This document shows positions 11,334-27,896 of a DNA stretch of 59,475 bases, piece after piece. Numbering within the stretch: the stretch's first letter is position 1; the number at the start of each line of letters is the position of its first letter. Location of the stretch: positions 682,001-741,475 of the forward strand of contig JABVCE010000019.1 in the NCBI GenBank assembly GCA_014905635.1. The letters are read 5' to 3'. The notes under the pieces are model-generated. The model was given only the letters and a program-made list of their open reading frames with translations, was not told the origin of the DNA and searched no databases. A program made the translations under genes and the position numbers. Source of the DNA: Scenedesmus sp. PABB004. Its lineage: Eukaryota.

Positions 11334-12262
11334 TTGGTTGCTGGCGGCAGGCCTTTTGCACCAGTGAAAGGGGGGTGGGGAAACGGGGGGCGCAGGTCGA
11401 ACGTGGCTGCCCGCAGACCACACGCCCGTGGCAGCGGCGAGGCGTTGGCCTCTCTGCTCCTGGCGTCGTGTTGTGCGGGCGTCGCTTCGCTGAAGCGACC
11501 GCCAACAGCATTTCAAAGCGTTCACAGCACAGGTCGTCCGTGCGCTTGCGCGCACGCTCAAGCTGGTCGCCCAATCGCACTGTTGCTCCGCGCCCAGCCG
11601 CCCTTGTACTTCTTTGCGGCCAGCGGTGGCTGGCCGCACCCTTGGACGCCGCATCGTCGCGCGCGGCCGCAAGCAGCGCGCATGTCTGCTGCGTCGCGTG
11701 ATCCCGAGATCGCACGGTTGTGCGGTGCACGAGTGCCGTCTGGCGGTCACGACCACATCATCAGCGCTCGCACTCGGCGACCACTTGTCGCCCCTGTCTC
11801 TGCGATCGCCGTTCGTGCTCTCTCTAGAGAGCATGCAAGTGATCTGTTCGCTCTCGCTCTGTCTCAGTTGCTACGTCTCTGTTGGCTGCTTCTCTGTTTT
11901 CGCGTTGCGGCTGGCTGGGCGCTGACTTTCGCGCCTGGCCCGGCCGCTCTGTGCGGCCTGCTGCGCGGCGCGCCGTGATGGACCTGTGGCCGACCGCATG
12001 TGGCGGCAGGGATGTGAATCACGTTCCGCCAGCGAGGGCCTGGCGTGCGGGCCGCGGCGGCGCGTTCGCAGCGCCGCCTGCGCTGACGTGTCTGGTCAGA
12101 GCGTGCAGCGATCGGTCCCATGTCCCAAGTGAGCTGCCAACACAACAGCGAGGCGACAACGCATCACCCATGTGGCAAGTGCTGTGCACTGCAGCTGCAA
12201 GCGCTCACCCCGGGCGGCAGCACGACTGGTCAATACCCGCATCCCATGGAGGCACAGTGGGA

Positions 12263-15200
12263 TCACACCCCCCGTTCGCCCGCGCTGCCGCTGCCGCTGC
12301 TGCTGCTCTGCGCCGTGATGCTCTCGCCCAGCGCGGGCAGGTGCCCGCCGCCGCGATGGTGCGGGGCCGCCGCCGGCACGCCGGCGGCGGCCGCCGGCGC
12401 GTCCGACCACTGCGCCGCCGCAGCAAACGTGCCGGCCCTGCTGCGCGCCGTGTCGGGCGGGAGCGTGAACACGCCGAACGACGACTCGCCGCGCATGAAC
12501 ACGCCGAACGACGACTCGCCGCGCATGCTCCCAGGGCCCCCGGCCAGCTGCGTCCGCCGCCGCGCCGCTTCCGCCTCGGCCGCGCACGCCGCCGCCGCCC
12601 AGGTCGCGCCGAGCGCCGGCAGCACGTCCGGCAGGCGCACGGGGCAGCCCTGCATGCCCACCACTGGCCCGGCGCGCGCGTGCAGCAGCGCGCCCTTGCT
12701 GCCGCGCGGCGGCGCCGCGGGCGGCGGCGGCACCGGCGGGTGGCCGGGCGCGGTCGCTGTGAACGACACGCTCTCCAGCGCGCCGCAGCCCTTGAGACCG
12801 AGGGTGCCGATGTGCCAGCCGCTCACGCACAGCGTGCGGGCTGGGTAGGGCGGCGCAGCGTCGCCTGGGCACGCGGCGCGACGGGGCGGGCACGGGCGTC
12901 GGCGCGGGCTGCGCGGCAGCGGTGCGGGCCCCACACGCGCAGCGTCGGCCGCAGCCGCGCCCACCCTGGGACTGGCGGCGCGCCGGCGCCGGCGTGGGCG
13001 TCGGGCCCTGCGGCGCGGCCGACTCGGGGAGCTGCGCCGGGAGCCTCGCGCAGCTCGCCGCCTCGCTGTCGGCAGCTGGCTGGCGCGGCTGCTGGTGGAG
13101 CTTGGCCAGCTCCGCCTCGTAGCGCCAGGCGCTGCGGGGGGTGGACGGCGGCGTGGCGGGAGTCTGAGACGGCCCATGGGCCAGACGTCGCCCATTCGCC
13201 TGCAGCCCCCTTCCCCGCCGCACCTGAAAATAGTCTGCGCCGTCTCGCTGCTCGTGACGACCTGCCCGCCCGCCGCGGCCGCCGCCATCATGCGCGCCGC
13301 GAGGTTGACGTACGGCCCGTGGTAGTCGGCCCGACCCTGGCGCGGCGCAGCGGCGGCCGCACGGCGGGCAGCAGCGGGCGCGGGTCGGCGCGGCGCCGGC
13401 GGCCGCGCTAGCGCCGCAGCGCTGCGGCGCACGCTGCGGCACACGCTGCGCCGCGCGCGCGCGTGGCGCGCACCAGGTGGTCGGGGCCGATGGCGCTGGG
13501 CGGCCCGTCAGCCAGGCCGATCTTGATGCAGGGCCGGCCCCAGCCGCCGGGCGCGCCGCTGCTGTCGCTGCTGGAGCGCGGCCGGGCGCTGTCGGCGCGC
13601 CGCGCCGGGTGCTGCGGCGGTGCGGGCGGCGCGGGCGGCGGGCACGCGTGCGCGCCGCCCGCGCCGCTGCACTCGCACGCCTCCAGCACGTGCGGCGGCC
13701 AGGGCAGGTGCTGCAGCACCTCCTGCAGGCGGCGCAGCGCGCGGGCGGGCGGCGGCGCGCGGGTGGGCGGCCGGTGGCAGCCGGCGTCCGCGGCGCGCGC
13801 CGGCCTGCCCTCCCTCCCCCCTCGCCGCCGCAGGCACCTGCAGCAGCAGCGCCCACTCGAGCGCGCGGGGCGGGTCGGAGAATGCGAGCATGTACTGCAG
13901 CTCCGCCTCCTGCGCGCGGCACAAGTAGCCCTGCCAGCGGCGCCCCGCCGGGCCGCCGCCGAGCGCGAGCAGCAGCGCCTGCATCAGGTGCGCGAGCGTG
14001 GCGTGCACCACGCGCGCCGCGTCGGTGCGGTGGTGCCCGCGGCCCCGGCCGAGGCCCTCGACGCGCGCGAACACCAACGTGCAGGGCGGCAGCGGCCCTA
14101 AACCCCAGCCGCCGCCGCCCCAGCGGCCACCGCCGCCGGCGCCGAGCGTGCGGCTGCCCTGCGGGGTCGCCAGCGCGCCCGCGGCGGAGCCGCGCGGCGA
14201 GACCGCCGGCAGCAGCGGCGCGGCGTCCGTGCCCGGCGCGTCAAAGTAGCCTGCCGCGATCTGCTGGTCGCCCGGCGCCAGCGCGAGCGCGGCGCCCCAT
14301 TGCCGCGCGCGGCCCGCAAGCGCGCGGGGCAGGATGCTGACCAGCTGCAGTGTCGGCAGCACGAGGCCGCCCTGCAGCGCCGCGCCGCCGAGCCGGCCGC
14401 CGCCCGGCGCGCAGGCGCTCGGCAGCGGCGGCGTCGCTGCCGCGGCCGCCGCCGCGAGCGCCGCGCGGCCCCCGCCCGCCGCCACGAGCAGCGGCGCCAG
14501 CGGCTCCGGCCCGCCGGGGCTGCCCGGCGGGCTGGGCGCGCCGCCGCGGCTGCTGCTGTGGCGCGCCAGGCCGCCGTCGCAGCCGGCACCGCTGGCCGCC
14601 GCTGCGGCGATGGCGCCCGCCAGGCGTGGCAGGAAGAAGGTCCCCATGTCCAGCAGCACCGCGTCGCTGTCCAGCCCCGGCCCGTCGCCACCGGGTGACG
14701 CGCCCATACACAGGCGCAGGCGCCTGCGTGCAGAACACCGGCCGGCGGCGGCGGTCCCGGCCGCGTCGGCGCCGCAGCGCACGCGCACGCGCGCGCCCTG
14801 CCGCTGCGCCGGCGCGCTCACCCGAGGTGCCTGCAGAGCAGGCCGGCCGAGTGCTGGCGCATCGCGGCGCGCACCGCGTGCGCGAGCGTGGCGTCGTTGT
14901 AGCCTCGGTGGTCCACGCCGCCTGGGCACGGGGCGACAGGATGCACGGGGCGGCGGCGGGCCCTCGGCGAGCAGGGGAGCGCGAGCGAGCCGGCGTGCGG
15001 CGCAGCCCAAGCTGAGCGCGGGCGCCGCCGCGCCAGCGCCCTGCCGCCGCCGGCGCTCACCCAGCTCGGCCAGGCGGTCGCGCACGCCGGCGCAGGTGGC
15101 GGCGTCCAGGAGGACCTGCCCGCCGTGCGCAAGCTCCGAGATGCCTGCGCGCGCGCACACACACGCAGTGGGCGCGGCCGCCGTGGAGCGAGCCCCCCCC

Positions 15201-18200
15201 CCCCTCCCTCGCAGCGCGGCGGCTCACCCTTGGCCAGCTCCAGCACCGCGCAGCGGCTGATCGGCGTGCCGCGCGGGACATGGCCGCTCGCCACACCCAT
15301 ACGCACGCGCAGGCCCATGAGTGGCGGCGCAGGGCCCTCGGGCCCGCCCTTGGCCCCCGGCGCACCGCCGCTGACGCCGAGCATCGCCCAGAAGCGGCTG
15401 CTGCGGCTGCCGCCGCCGCTGTTGCGCCGCACGCGGCCGCCGGCCCCGCCGCTCAGCGCCGACGCGAGCGCCCAGGGACCACCGGCGGCGGCGCCGCCCT
15501 CGCCGCTGCCCGCCGGCGACGGCCCGCCGCTGCCCGCCACCTCGCGCAGTGCTGCCAGCCCCGCGTCGTGGTCGCCGCCGGCGGCGTCGCCGGCGGCCGT
15601 GGCGCTCCCGAGCGACAGCACGACCGCGCGGCAGTCGGGCAGCTGCTCGCTGCTCGCGGCCGCCTTGCGGTCGCCGCTGGCGCCGAGCGGGGCCGCAAAC
15701 GGCGACTCGTGAGCGGCCCCGAGCAACCCCGCGGCAGCCTCGCCGTCTGCCACGCGCACCCAGCCCGGCCGGCCCACGCCCCGGCCGCCGGCCGCCGCGC
15801 CGCCGGCGTCCGAGGAGCGCTGGCGGAGCAGCGCGCTCGCGGCGGCGCCGCCGCCGCCGCCGTTCTGCGCCCGCCCGCCGGCGCCCGGCGAGCCGGGCGC
15901 CGCGTCGGTGCTCGCGCGCTGCTTGCTGGGCGTCGAGAAGAGCGGGCGGGCGCCGAGGTCGTGCCAATTGACCCGCACGAGTGCCTGCTGGCTCTGCAGG
16001 CAGAACGCGGCCGCCTCGAGCGGCGTGTGGAAGGCGACCGTCCTGCGCGGAAGGCGGTGCGCGGGGCTGGCCGCCGCCCCAGCACGCGCGCGCCCCGCAC
16101 GCTGCGCGCGCAGCCGCCGGCGCACCAGCTGTCGCCCTCCTGCTCGACCACGTGCCCCGCGTGCGCCGCGGCCGCGCGGCGCAGCACGGCGTTGTGGATG
16201 CCGAGCGCCTTGGTCGCCAGGGGGGCATTGCTGGCCATGAGCTCGCTGTATGACTCGATGTCAGTCACCACCAGGCTCGCGGGGCCGCCCGCCGGCATGC
16301 CCGCCGCGCGGTGCGCCGCGAGCTCCTGCTCGCGCCGCCAGCGCGGGCGCAGCGCGACCGCGGTGCGCAGCCACGCGAGCAGCGCGGCCGACGCGAGCAG
16401 CAGCGACCCCGCGACCGCGGCGGCCTCAATCACGCCGGCGAGCCACGGCGGCCGCGCCGGCGGCGGCGGCTGCGGCAGGCAGACCAGCAGCGTGCCGTCC
16501 TGGAGCCACAGCTCGTCAAAGCCCTGCGGCGCGGGCGCGGCACAGCACGGCGCCGGCGTGAGCGCTGGCGTCGGCTGGGTGACGGCTCTCAGCACGGTCA
16601 CACCCTGTGCGCCGCACCGTGAGGCAGGTGCAGCCGTGGAACTGGTAGTAAGAAGGGTCGATCTTCCAGGCCTGGTCCTCCGCCGTGGCGTCGGCCAGGC
16701 TGTGCGCGCTCTTGCCGAGCGCGCCGCCGCCGCCGCCGCCGCACGCGGCCGCCGCCTCGGCGAGCGGGCGGCGCAGGACGAGCGGGCAGGCCATGTGGGA
16801 CGAGTCGGTGCGGGGCAGGCTGACGTCGCTGAGCTCCAGGAAGCACGGCAGCAGCGCGCCCGGGTCGCACCGCGGCGGCGGCGGCGGCACGAGCGCCGCG
16901 CCGCTCCCGCCGGGGCCGCCGCCGAGCATCGGCGCCCAGCCCGGCACCGGCGGCGGGCAGGCGAGGCGGGGGTTGTGGGACAGGTTGATCAGGTCCAGCT
17001 TGCGCAGCAGGCCCGCCTGGCGGTGCGGGTGTGGGTATGTGTGTGTGTGTGGGGGGGGGGGGGCAGGGGCGTCGGGTGAACGGGCGGGCGGGGCGGGCGG
17101 GGCGGGCGGGCGGGCGCGCGCAGGCGCGCGCAGGCGCACCTCTGGGGGCAGCGGCCCCGAGAGTGCGTTGCCGGCAAGCTGCAGGTCCTCTAGGTTGCTC
17201 GCGCGCCTGCCCCCGGGCGGCGGCAGCGCGACGCTGTCAGAGGCGTGCGTGGGAGGGGCGAGCGCCGCCGCCCCGCGCGCGCGCGCGCCGGGGGCGCGGG
17301 CGCGTCGCCGCACCCGATCGCGGCGCTGATGCTGCCGTTGATGTGGTTGCCGCTGAGGTCGAGCAGGCGCAGGTGGGGCAGCAGCCAGAGGCCGTCGTCG
17401 AGCGGGCCGGAGAGGGCGTTGCGCTCCAGGTTGATCTCACGGAGGTAGCTCGACAGGCTCACGTGCCGCGGGATTGGGCCAGACAGCCTGCGCGCGGGGT
17501 GAGGCGGCGGCGGCGGCGGCGGCGAGGGTGTGAGTGCAGGGCGGGGCGCAAGCCCCACACCGGCCTTGAGCCCCCCGGGTGACGCCTCACTCACTTGTTG
17601 GCGGCGAGGTTCAAAAACTCGAGCACCGGCGCCTCCACAAACAGCCCAGGGGGCAGCGGCCCGGTCAGCGCGTTGTTGCTGGCGTCCAGCACTGCAAGCT
17701 GCGGCCACACGCCCGCGCCGCCGCCCGCGGCCGCCCAGTGCACGGCGGCGCCGGCACCGCCACCGCCGCCGCTGCCGCCGCCGCCGCCCTCAATGTCCAG
17801 CCCGCCGGTGAAGTTGTTGCCTGGTGGGGGGGGGGGGGAGGGGGCAGCGAGGCGGGCGGGGCGCCGGGCGGAGCCGGGGGTGGCTTCAGGCGGGCAGCGC
17901 GGCCACCGCTGCGGCTGGCGGCCAGGCGCCGCGCCGCGCGCACCCGCCAGGTCGAGCTGTGTGAGGCTTCCGCAGCGCCGCAGCGTTGCAAAGGGCTTGC
18001 CGGTGAGGCGGTTGCCGCGGGCCTTGAGCACGCGCAGCCGGCTGGCGCCGCCGCCGCCGCCGCACAGCTCGGCCGGCAGGGCGCCGCTGAGAGCGTTGAG
18101 TTCCAGGTTCAGCACCTGCGCGCAGGCGGGGGTGCGCGGGCGTCCAAGCCAGTGTTCAGCAGCGGGCGAGCTCGTGGCTGCCGGCGCTGGCAGCTGCCGG

Positions 18201-19148
18201 CGCCAGCACGCGCAGCGCAGCGGGGGCGGCGGCCCGCCGCGGCGCAGCGGCGGCGCGCACCGTGAGGTTGGCCAGCCGCGCGAGCGAGGAGGGCAGCGGG
18301 CCGGCGAGCCCCAGCCCCCGGCCGCCGGGGTTGGGTCCCGTGCAGGCGCCGAGGCTGAGCACCTCCAGCGCGTGCAGCTCGTCGCCGAGCCAGGCGGGCA
18401 GCGTGCCGTGCAGCGGGTTGGTGCCGAGGGACAGCCGCGTGAGGCGGCGGAGGCTGCGCAGGGTGGCGGGGAGCGTGCCGCTGATCCAGTTGTTGGACAG
18501 GTCCAGGTACACCAGGTTTGACAGCCGCCCCCAACCGGGGTGCTCCAGGCGGCCGCTGAGCTCGTTGCCCTGCGCCTGCAGCTTGGTCAGGCCGCACGCA
18601 TGCAGGCGGAGGAGGGCGTCGACAAAGTCCGCATTGTCCACGCTGCCGTTGAGGCCATTGACCTGCAGGTCCAGCCCCCGCACCGCGTGCAGCGCGCCGC
18701 ACGCCGGGGACGCGCAACACGACACGCCCGGCCAGCTGCAGTAGTGCCCGCCGGACGCGTCGCCCGGGTCGCGGGACACGATGGCCTCGCACGGCGTGCC
18801 CCGGCTCGCCTCCCAGCCCGCCGTGTGCGCCCAGGGCGCGCTCGCGTTGAACGTCGCGCGGTGGAACGCCGCCAGCGCCTGCGCGTGGCGGTTGCGGCGC
18901 GGGGCTCGTGCGCTGCGCGCTGGCCGCGCTGCGGCAGCGGTTGGCGCCGCCGCCCGCACCTCGCAGACCGCCAGCTGGCAGGGAGCCGTGCAGACGCCAG
19001 ACTCCACTCCAGGGCAGGCTTCCGGGTCCTCCTCCGCCCCCAGGGCGCCCCGCGGCGGGCGCGCCAGCAGCAACAGCGGCAGCAGCGCCGCCGCTGCCGC
19101 CCAGCGCGCCGTGCTGCCGCGCGGCCGCTGCGCTGCCTGCTCCGCCAT
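12263..19148 (-). CDS. LRR receptor-like class III nucleotide cyclase: signal peptide, LRR ectodomain, one TM helix, two cyclase domains (multi-exon)
   Basis: Signal LLPLLLLA, LRRNT cap CSWPGVSC, and many plant-type LRRs (LxxLDLSNNxxSGxLP). TM segment WLAGVIEAAAVAGSLLLASAALLAWL. Domain 1 has LVVTDIESYS, EGDSW, LRVRMGV and GGQVLL. Domain 2 has IKIGL, RADYHGPYVNLAARM, GGQVV and LKG. Confidence 0.85.
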
Positions 19149-19437
19149 CTTAAGGCTCCAGCGCCAGCTCCAGCCCCTCACGGGCGTGCGGCACGCATCT
19201 GGCCGCGCGCAGTGGCCGCGCCCGGGCGCGCGCGGACGGCCGTGGCGCTCGTGAGCCGCGGCCTCGGTTCGACAATTGCTCGGCAGAAAAGAATCGTGGA
19301 ATATGGGCGCGCGTTCGTTGGAGCTGCGCGCCGAGCTGTCGGGCGCGGCGGCGGTTTCGGGCGGCGCGGCGGTTGCCGGCGGCGGCGCACGCTTGCGCAC
19401 AACTCCTTCGCCGCGGCCGGGCGCGCCCGCCCTGAGG

Positions 19438-21294
19438 TCAGAGCCCGTAGAGCGACGCGGCCATCATGCCGCCGCCGCCGCCGCGGCCGCGCCGGCCGCC
19501 GCGGTCGTAGGCCACGCCGAACCGGTCGGTCAGCTCGCCCAGGCCGGCGAGGCTCTGCGTCAGCCCCGCCAGCAGCAGCGTGGCCAGGGTGTCGTTGAAC
19601 TCGGTCAGGTACTCCCTGCGGCCACCCGGGCGGCGGTGAGGCGGCTGCAGGGGGAGCGCGAGCGCTCTCACGCGCGACCAGGGCCCGCGCGCGCGGCGCG
19701 TCGGCTCACTTGCGGAACGCCGCGCTGTCCAGCGCGGGCAGGCCGCACACGAGGCTGTGCACCTGGCGCATCAGGCCGTGGTCAAACGGCGCGCGGCCTG
19801 CGCGCGGCGCGGTGCGCGCGGCGCGGTGCGCGCGGCGCGGCGCGGTCAGCACGGCGGCGGGCCGCGGGCGCACACACAGCGCCGCGGCGCGGCGTGGGTG
19901 CAGCACCCGCGGCGACGTCCTCCAGGTGCGCCTGGATGGCGGCCAGCTTGCCCGCGAGCATCTTCACGGCGCTGTGCAGCCCCGCGAGGTGCGCCGTCAC
20001 TGCCGCAGCGGCGGCGGCGGCGCGCGGCGTGGGGCGGGGGCGGCGCGTCGGTCCCTAGGCCCGGCAGGGCGGCCTGCGCCGCCATGCCGTGCCGTGCCGC
20101 GCCGCCGTGCTGCGCCGCCACTCACGCTGCTCGCTGCCGCTGGCCTTGCCGCTGGGCAAGATCTTGGCGACCTGGTCCACTCCGATGCGCTCCGCGTCCG
20201 ACGTCTGCGATGTGTGCGTGCGCGCGCGCGCGCGTGGATGGAGGCGGCGTGAGGCGCGCGCACGCGCTCGCGGCGACGGCCCACACGTGCACTGCACGCG
20301 CGCGGCGCCGCACGCACCTCCATGCTGTAGTGCGCCCGCACAAACGTGGTCTGCGGCACGCCGTCCACCGTGTGCAGCTCTGCGGCCGCGGCGCGGGAGC
20401 GGCTCGGCCCGGCGGCCGGCGCGCGGCGGCGGGGGAGCGCGCCGCCCCGGCGCCACCCCGCGCCCGCGGCGCTGCGCCGCGGCGCGCGCCTGTCTCGTAG
20501 ACGGCGACGGGCAGGTCCTTGCGCGCGGGGTCTATGACGGGGTTTAGCAGCAGGAACAGCGGGCTCTCGTTCACCTCACACACCTGGGCGGGGCGAGGGA
20601 GGCAGGGGGGCACGTGGGCGCGCGCACGGGAGGGGCGGGCGCGCGCACTGCCGCTGCCGCCACACACAAGTGCGCGCGCGCCGCCGCGCGCCGCGCCTTT
20701 GCGTGCACGCGCAGGTGCCGCGCCTCGACCGCGGCGCCGGTGCAGTACCAGCCCACCACGTCCTGCTTGGGGAAGACCTGCTTGTCTGCGCGCGCGCCAC
20801 GGCCGGCGGCAGCAGCAATGCGGCCGGGCGTCGGCGCGCCGACGCCGCCACTGCAGCGCCGCGTCCCGCCCGCCGCCGCGGCCGCCCCGCGCGCATGGGC
20901 CGCGCGGGCCGCCGCGGGGGCCTCACACTGCTCCTGCTTCTTGGTCAGGAACGCGGTGTCGACCTCCCAGCCGTCCTCTGTCTCGGCGTACTTGATCTCA
21001 AAGCTGTTGGCCACGTCCACGCTGCGCCCGTCCTGGCTGCCCAGCAGGCAGCCCATCACGCGCGGCGCCGGCGCGCCGTCGGGCCCGTTGGCGCGCAGGC
21101 GCGTGTGGTGGTCGCTCACGTTGATCAGCACCAGCTGCGCGCCGCGCGGCGCGCGCGCGGGGCCGGTGAGCTCTATGGCGGCGCCGGCGCAACGGCGCGC
21201 GGGCGCTGCTGCTCCGCAGCGCGCCGCGCACCGGGTGCAGCTTGAACTCCAGCCCCGAGCCGCTCTGCCGCGACTCGTCCACGCGCAGCGCCAT
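19438..21294 (-). CDS. CSN6: COP9 signalosome subunit 6 (multi-exon)
   Basis: FKLHP-LVLINVSDHHTR, GCLLGSQDGRSVDVANSFE, KKQEQYKQVFP, VVGWY, EVNESPLFLLLNP, DAERIGVDQVA, HLAGLHSAVKML, EFNDTL. Confidence 0.93.
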
Positions 21295-21682
21295 GGCGCC
21301 GGCGGTCGAGGCCGGGCGGGCGAGGGCGGCGACCGACCGCGGCGCAGCAGCAGCGGACGCAGCGGCGGGCACAGCGCAGGGGGCGCCGAGAGCGGGCGGT
21401 GATCGCCTGGGAGGTGGGCTGGCGGCTCGCGGGAGGCGACGGCGGGGTCTGGGAGTGGCCCAGCGCGCGGGCGGAGGCAGAGCAGCTCGGGCAGCGCGGG
21501 AGTCGCGACCGTCAGGGCTCGACGCGGTGACGCGCTCGTGACAGAGGGTGCCTTTGCAACGCGCGGCAGCCGCCACAGCCCGCCGCCCTCTCCCCAGCAC
21601 CTGGTCGCGCGCCATCACTCGCTGCTGCTGCCCAGCTCAGCAGCAGCTCGTGCCCGGCAGCGCCTCCGGTCAGCGCACCCCA

Positions 21683-22870
21683 ATGCTGGCCCGCTCGATG
21701 CTGGCGGGCCAGCCCGGCCGGCGCGCGGCGGCGGCCGCGACGGGTGCGCTGGCAGCGGCACGCGGCGGCGCTGCGGTGCAACGCATTCACTGCGGGGGAT
21801 GCAGCTCACCCGCCCACACGTGCCCCCCCCCTCCCTCTCCCACCCGCACAGGCCGCCGGCTTCCGCGCGCAGCGGCGGCGGCGGCCTGGTCGGCAGCGGC
21901 GGCCGGCAGCGGCCGGCGGCGGCTGGCCGCGGCCGCGGCCGCGGGCGGCGCCCCCGACACGCTGACGATTGCCACGCCGGACGACTGGCACCTGCACGTG
22001 CGCGACGGCGAGGCGATGGCGAGCGTGGTGCCGCACAGCGCGGCCGTGTTTGGGCGCGCCATCATCATGCCCAACCTGGTGCCGCCGGTCACGACGACAG
22101 AGGCGGTGCGGCGCGCCGAGAGCGCCGCCCGCTGCTGCCGCGGGCGGCGCGCAGCGGCGGCCAGGCCTGCGCGGGCCGCCGCCGCCCCCCGTGACCCGCG
22201 CGCCGCGCCGGGGGCAGGCGCTGGCGTACCGGTCGCGCGTGTCGGCCGCGGTGCCGGCGGGGTCGGGGTTTAGCCCGCTGATGACGCTGTACCTCACCGA
22301 CAACACCTCGCCAGACGAGGTGCACCGGTGAGCCGCCTTGCGCTGGCGGGGGCGCGGACCCGGGCGCCGCGCGCGGGCAGACGCCGCTGCTGCCGCCGCC
22401 GCCGCTCCCCGGCACGCGCTGTGCGCGCTTCGCTCGTGTCGCCCACCGGCCGCCGCGCGCCGCCAGGGCCAAGGCGGCGGGCGTGGTGGCTTTCAAGCTC
22501 TACCCCGCGGGCGCGACGACCAACTCGGGTGACGCCGCGGCGGCCGGCCGGGCGGCGCCGCGGGCGGGCGGGCAGGCAGCGGCCGCGCTCACCCCGTGCG
22601 CTCACCCCGCGCTCGCCGCCGCGGTCGCCGCCGCGGCCGCGCCAGACTCGGGCGTGACGGACTGGGCGAAGTGCCTGCCCGCGCTGCGCGCGATGGCTGA
22701 GCTGGGCGTGCTGCTGCTGGTGCACGGCGAGGTCACCGACGCTGACGTGGATATGTTTGACCGCGAGGCGGTCTTCATTGAAACCAAGCTGGTGCGAGGC
22801 GCGCAGCGTGCGCGGCGCGGCGAGGGGGCGCGGCGCCGCGCGCGGCCCTCACCCTCGCGCACCCCGCGGC

Positions 22871-22904
<34 letters not shown>

Positions 22905-23799
22905 GTGCGCGCAGAAGCCGCTGCTGGACGCGGTGCCAGACCTGCACGTCGTGCTGGAGCACATCACCACCGCCGATGCGGCGTCGTTTGTGGCGGGCGC
23001 GCCCGGCAACGTCGCCGCGAGCGTGACGCCGCAGCACATGCTGCTAAACCGCAACGCCCTCTTCGCGGTGCGGCGCGGCACGGCGGGGCGGGGCGGGGCG
23101 GGGCACGGGGCGGGACTGAGCTCGGCCTGCGGGGCTGCGGCGCCCCAACAGCCGCGCCGCGCGCCGCCCGCCGCGCCGCGCCGCGCCGCCGCGCTCTCCG
23201 CGCGCAGAAGGGCCTGCGCCCGCACAACTACTGCCTTCCCATCCTCAAGCGCGAGCGCCACCGCGCCGCCGTGTCGGCCGCGGCGACGAGCGGCAGCACC
23301 AAGTTCTTCCTCGGCACCGACTCGGCGCCGCACGCGGTCGGGGCCAAGGAGGCGGCGTGCGGCTGCGCGGGCGTGTTCAGCGCGCCCATCGCGCTGCCCC
23401 TCTACGCGACAGCGTTTGAGCAGGTGCAGGGGGTGCGGGCGCAGGGACAGGGCGGTGCGAGGGGCGCGCGGCCCCGGCGGGGCGAGGCGGCGCAGGGGGC
23501 GCGGCGCCGCGGAGCAGCCGCCGCCCGGCGCGGCGCGAGCCCCGCGCGGCTGGCCGACGCGTGCCGCCGCCGGCTCCCGGCGCTGCGCTCGGGCGCAGGC
23601 GGGCGCGCTGGACCGGCTCGAGGGCTTTGCGTCGCACCACGGGCCCGACTTTTACGGCCTCCCGCGCAACGCCGGCACCGTCACGCTCGTGCGCGAGGCC
23701 TGGACCATCCCGCCGACCTACAGCTTTGGCAGCGCGGCGGTCGTGCCGATGTGGGCGGGCGAGACGCTCGGCTGGCGCGTGGCGGGCCGCGCGCCGTAG
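21683..23799 (+). CDS. pyrC: Dihydroorotase (PyrC type) with an N-terminal organellar presequence-like extension (multi-exon)
   Basis: [85 protein letters not shown]. Start codon inferred. Confidence 0.95.
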
Positions 23800-24039
23800 C
23801 ACTCGGCGGCAGCAGCGGGTGGCCGGGCGTGCGCCGTGCGGTCAACGAGCTGAGCCCTGCTGCGTAACGCAGGACCTGCACGCCGGCCGCTGTCCCAGCC
23901 CGTCACACCGCTGTCGCGCACCCCGATCCAGGCCCAGCCGGCACCCACGCGTGGCACACAGCCGAGCCGACAGCAGCTGCGGCGGCGCCGGCGCCGGCAG
24001 CGGCAGCGGCGGCGCGCGGGCGCCTGGCCCGGCCGCTCC

Positions 24040-27561
<3,522 letters not shown>

Positions 27562-27850
27562 GGGCGGCGGAAATCAGGGCTGTCGTGCGCGCGCAGTCCA
27601 CCATCAGCGGCTGCGGCGGCGGCGGCCTCGAGAACGGCGGCCTGCCGCGCGGCGAGCTTGGCGGCCTTGTTGACGCGCGGCGCGGTGAAGCGGCCGGGCG
27701 GCGCCTTGGGCGGTGAAGCGGCGGGGCGGGGCCTTGCGCTTGGTCGGCTTGCGCGCGCTGCCGCCGTCCGGGGCCGCGCGGCAAAGCCGCGCGGCGCGGG
27801 CGCGGCTCTGCAAGTTTGGGCTGCCCGCCCGTGGCCTCGACGCTGGTCCG

Positions 27851-27855
27851 TTACA
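27851..27855 (-). terminator. Putative TGTAA polyadenylation signal of the MATE gene
   Basis: TTACA on + (TGTAA on -) about 42 nt after the stop. UGUAA is the established chlorophyte poly(A) signal. Similar sites occur at 42506-42510 and 35970-35974. Confidence 0.5.
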
Positions 27856-27896
27856 CGATGCGCCGTGGCAGGCAGGCGCACCGCAGCGCAGCCAGC

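Noticed and set aside
12467..12526. 30-bp duplication (MRGESSFGVF x2) in the cyclase tail
   Set aside because: An in-frame slippage in a low-complexity tail with no evidence of function.
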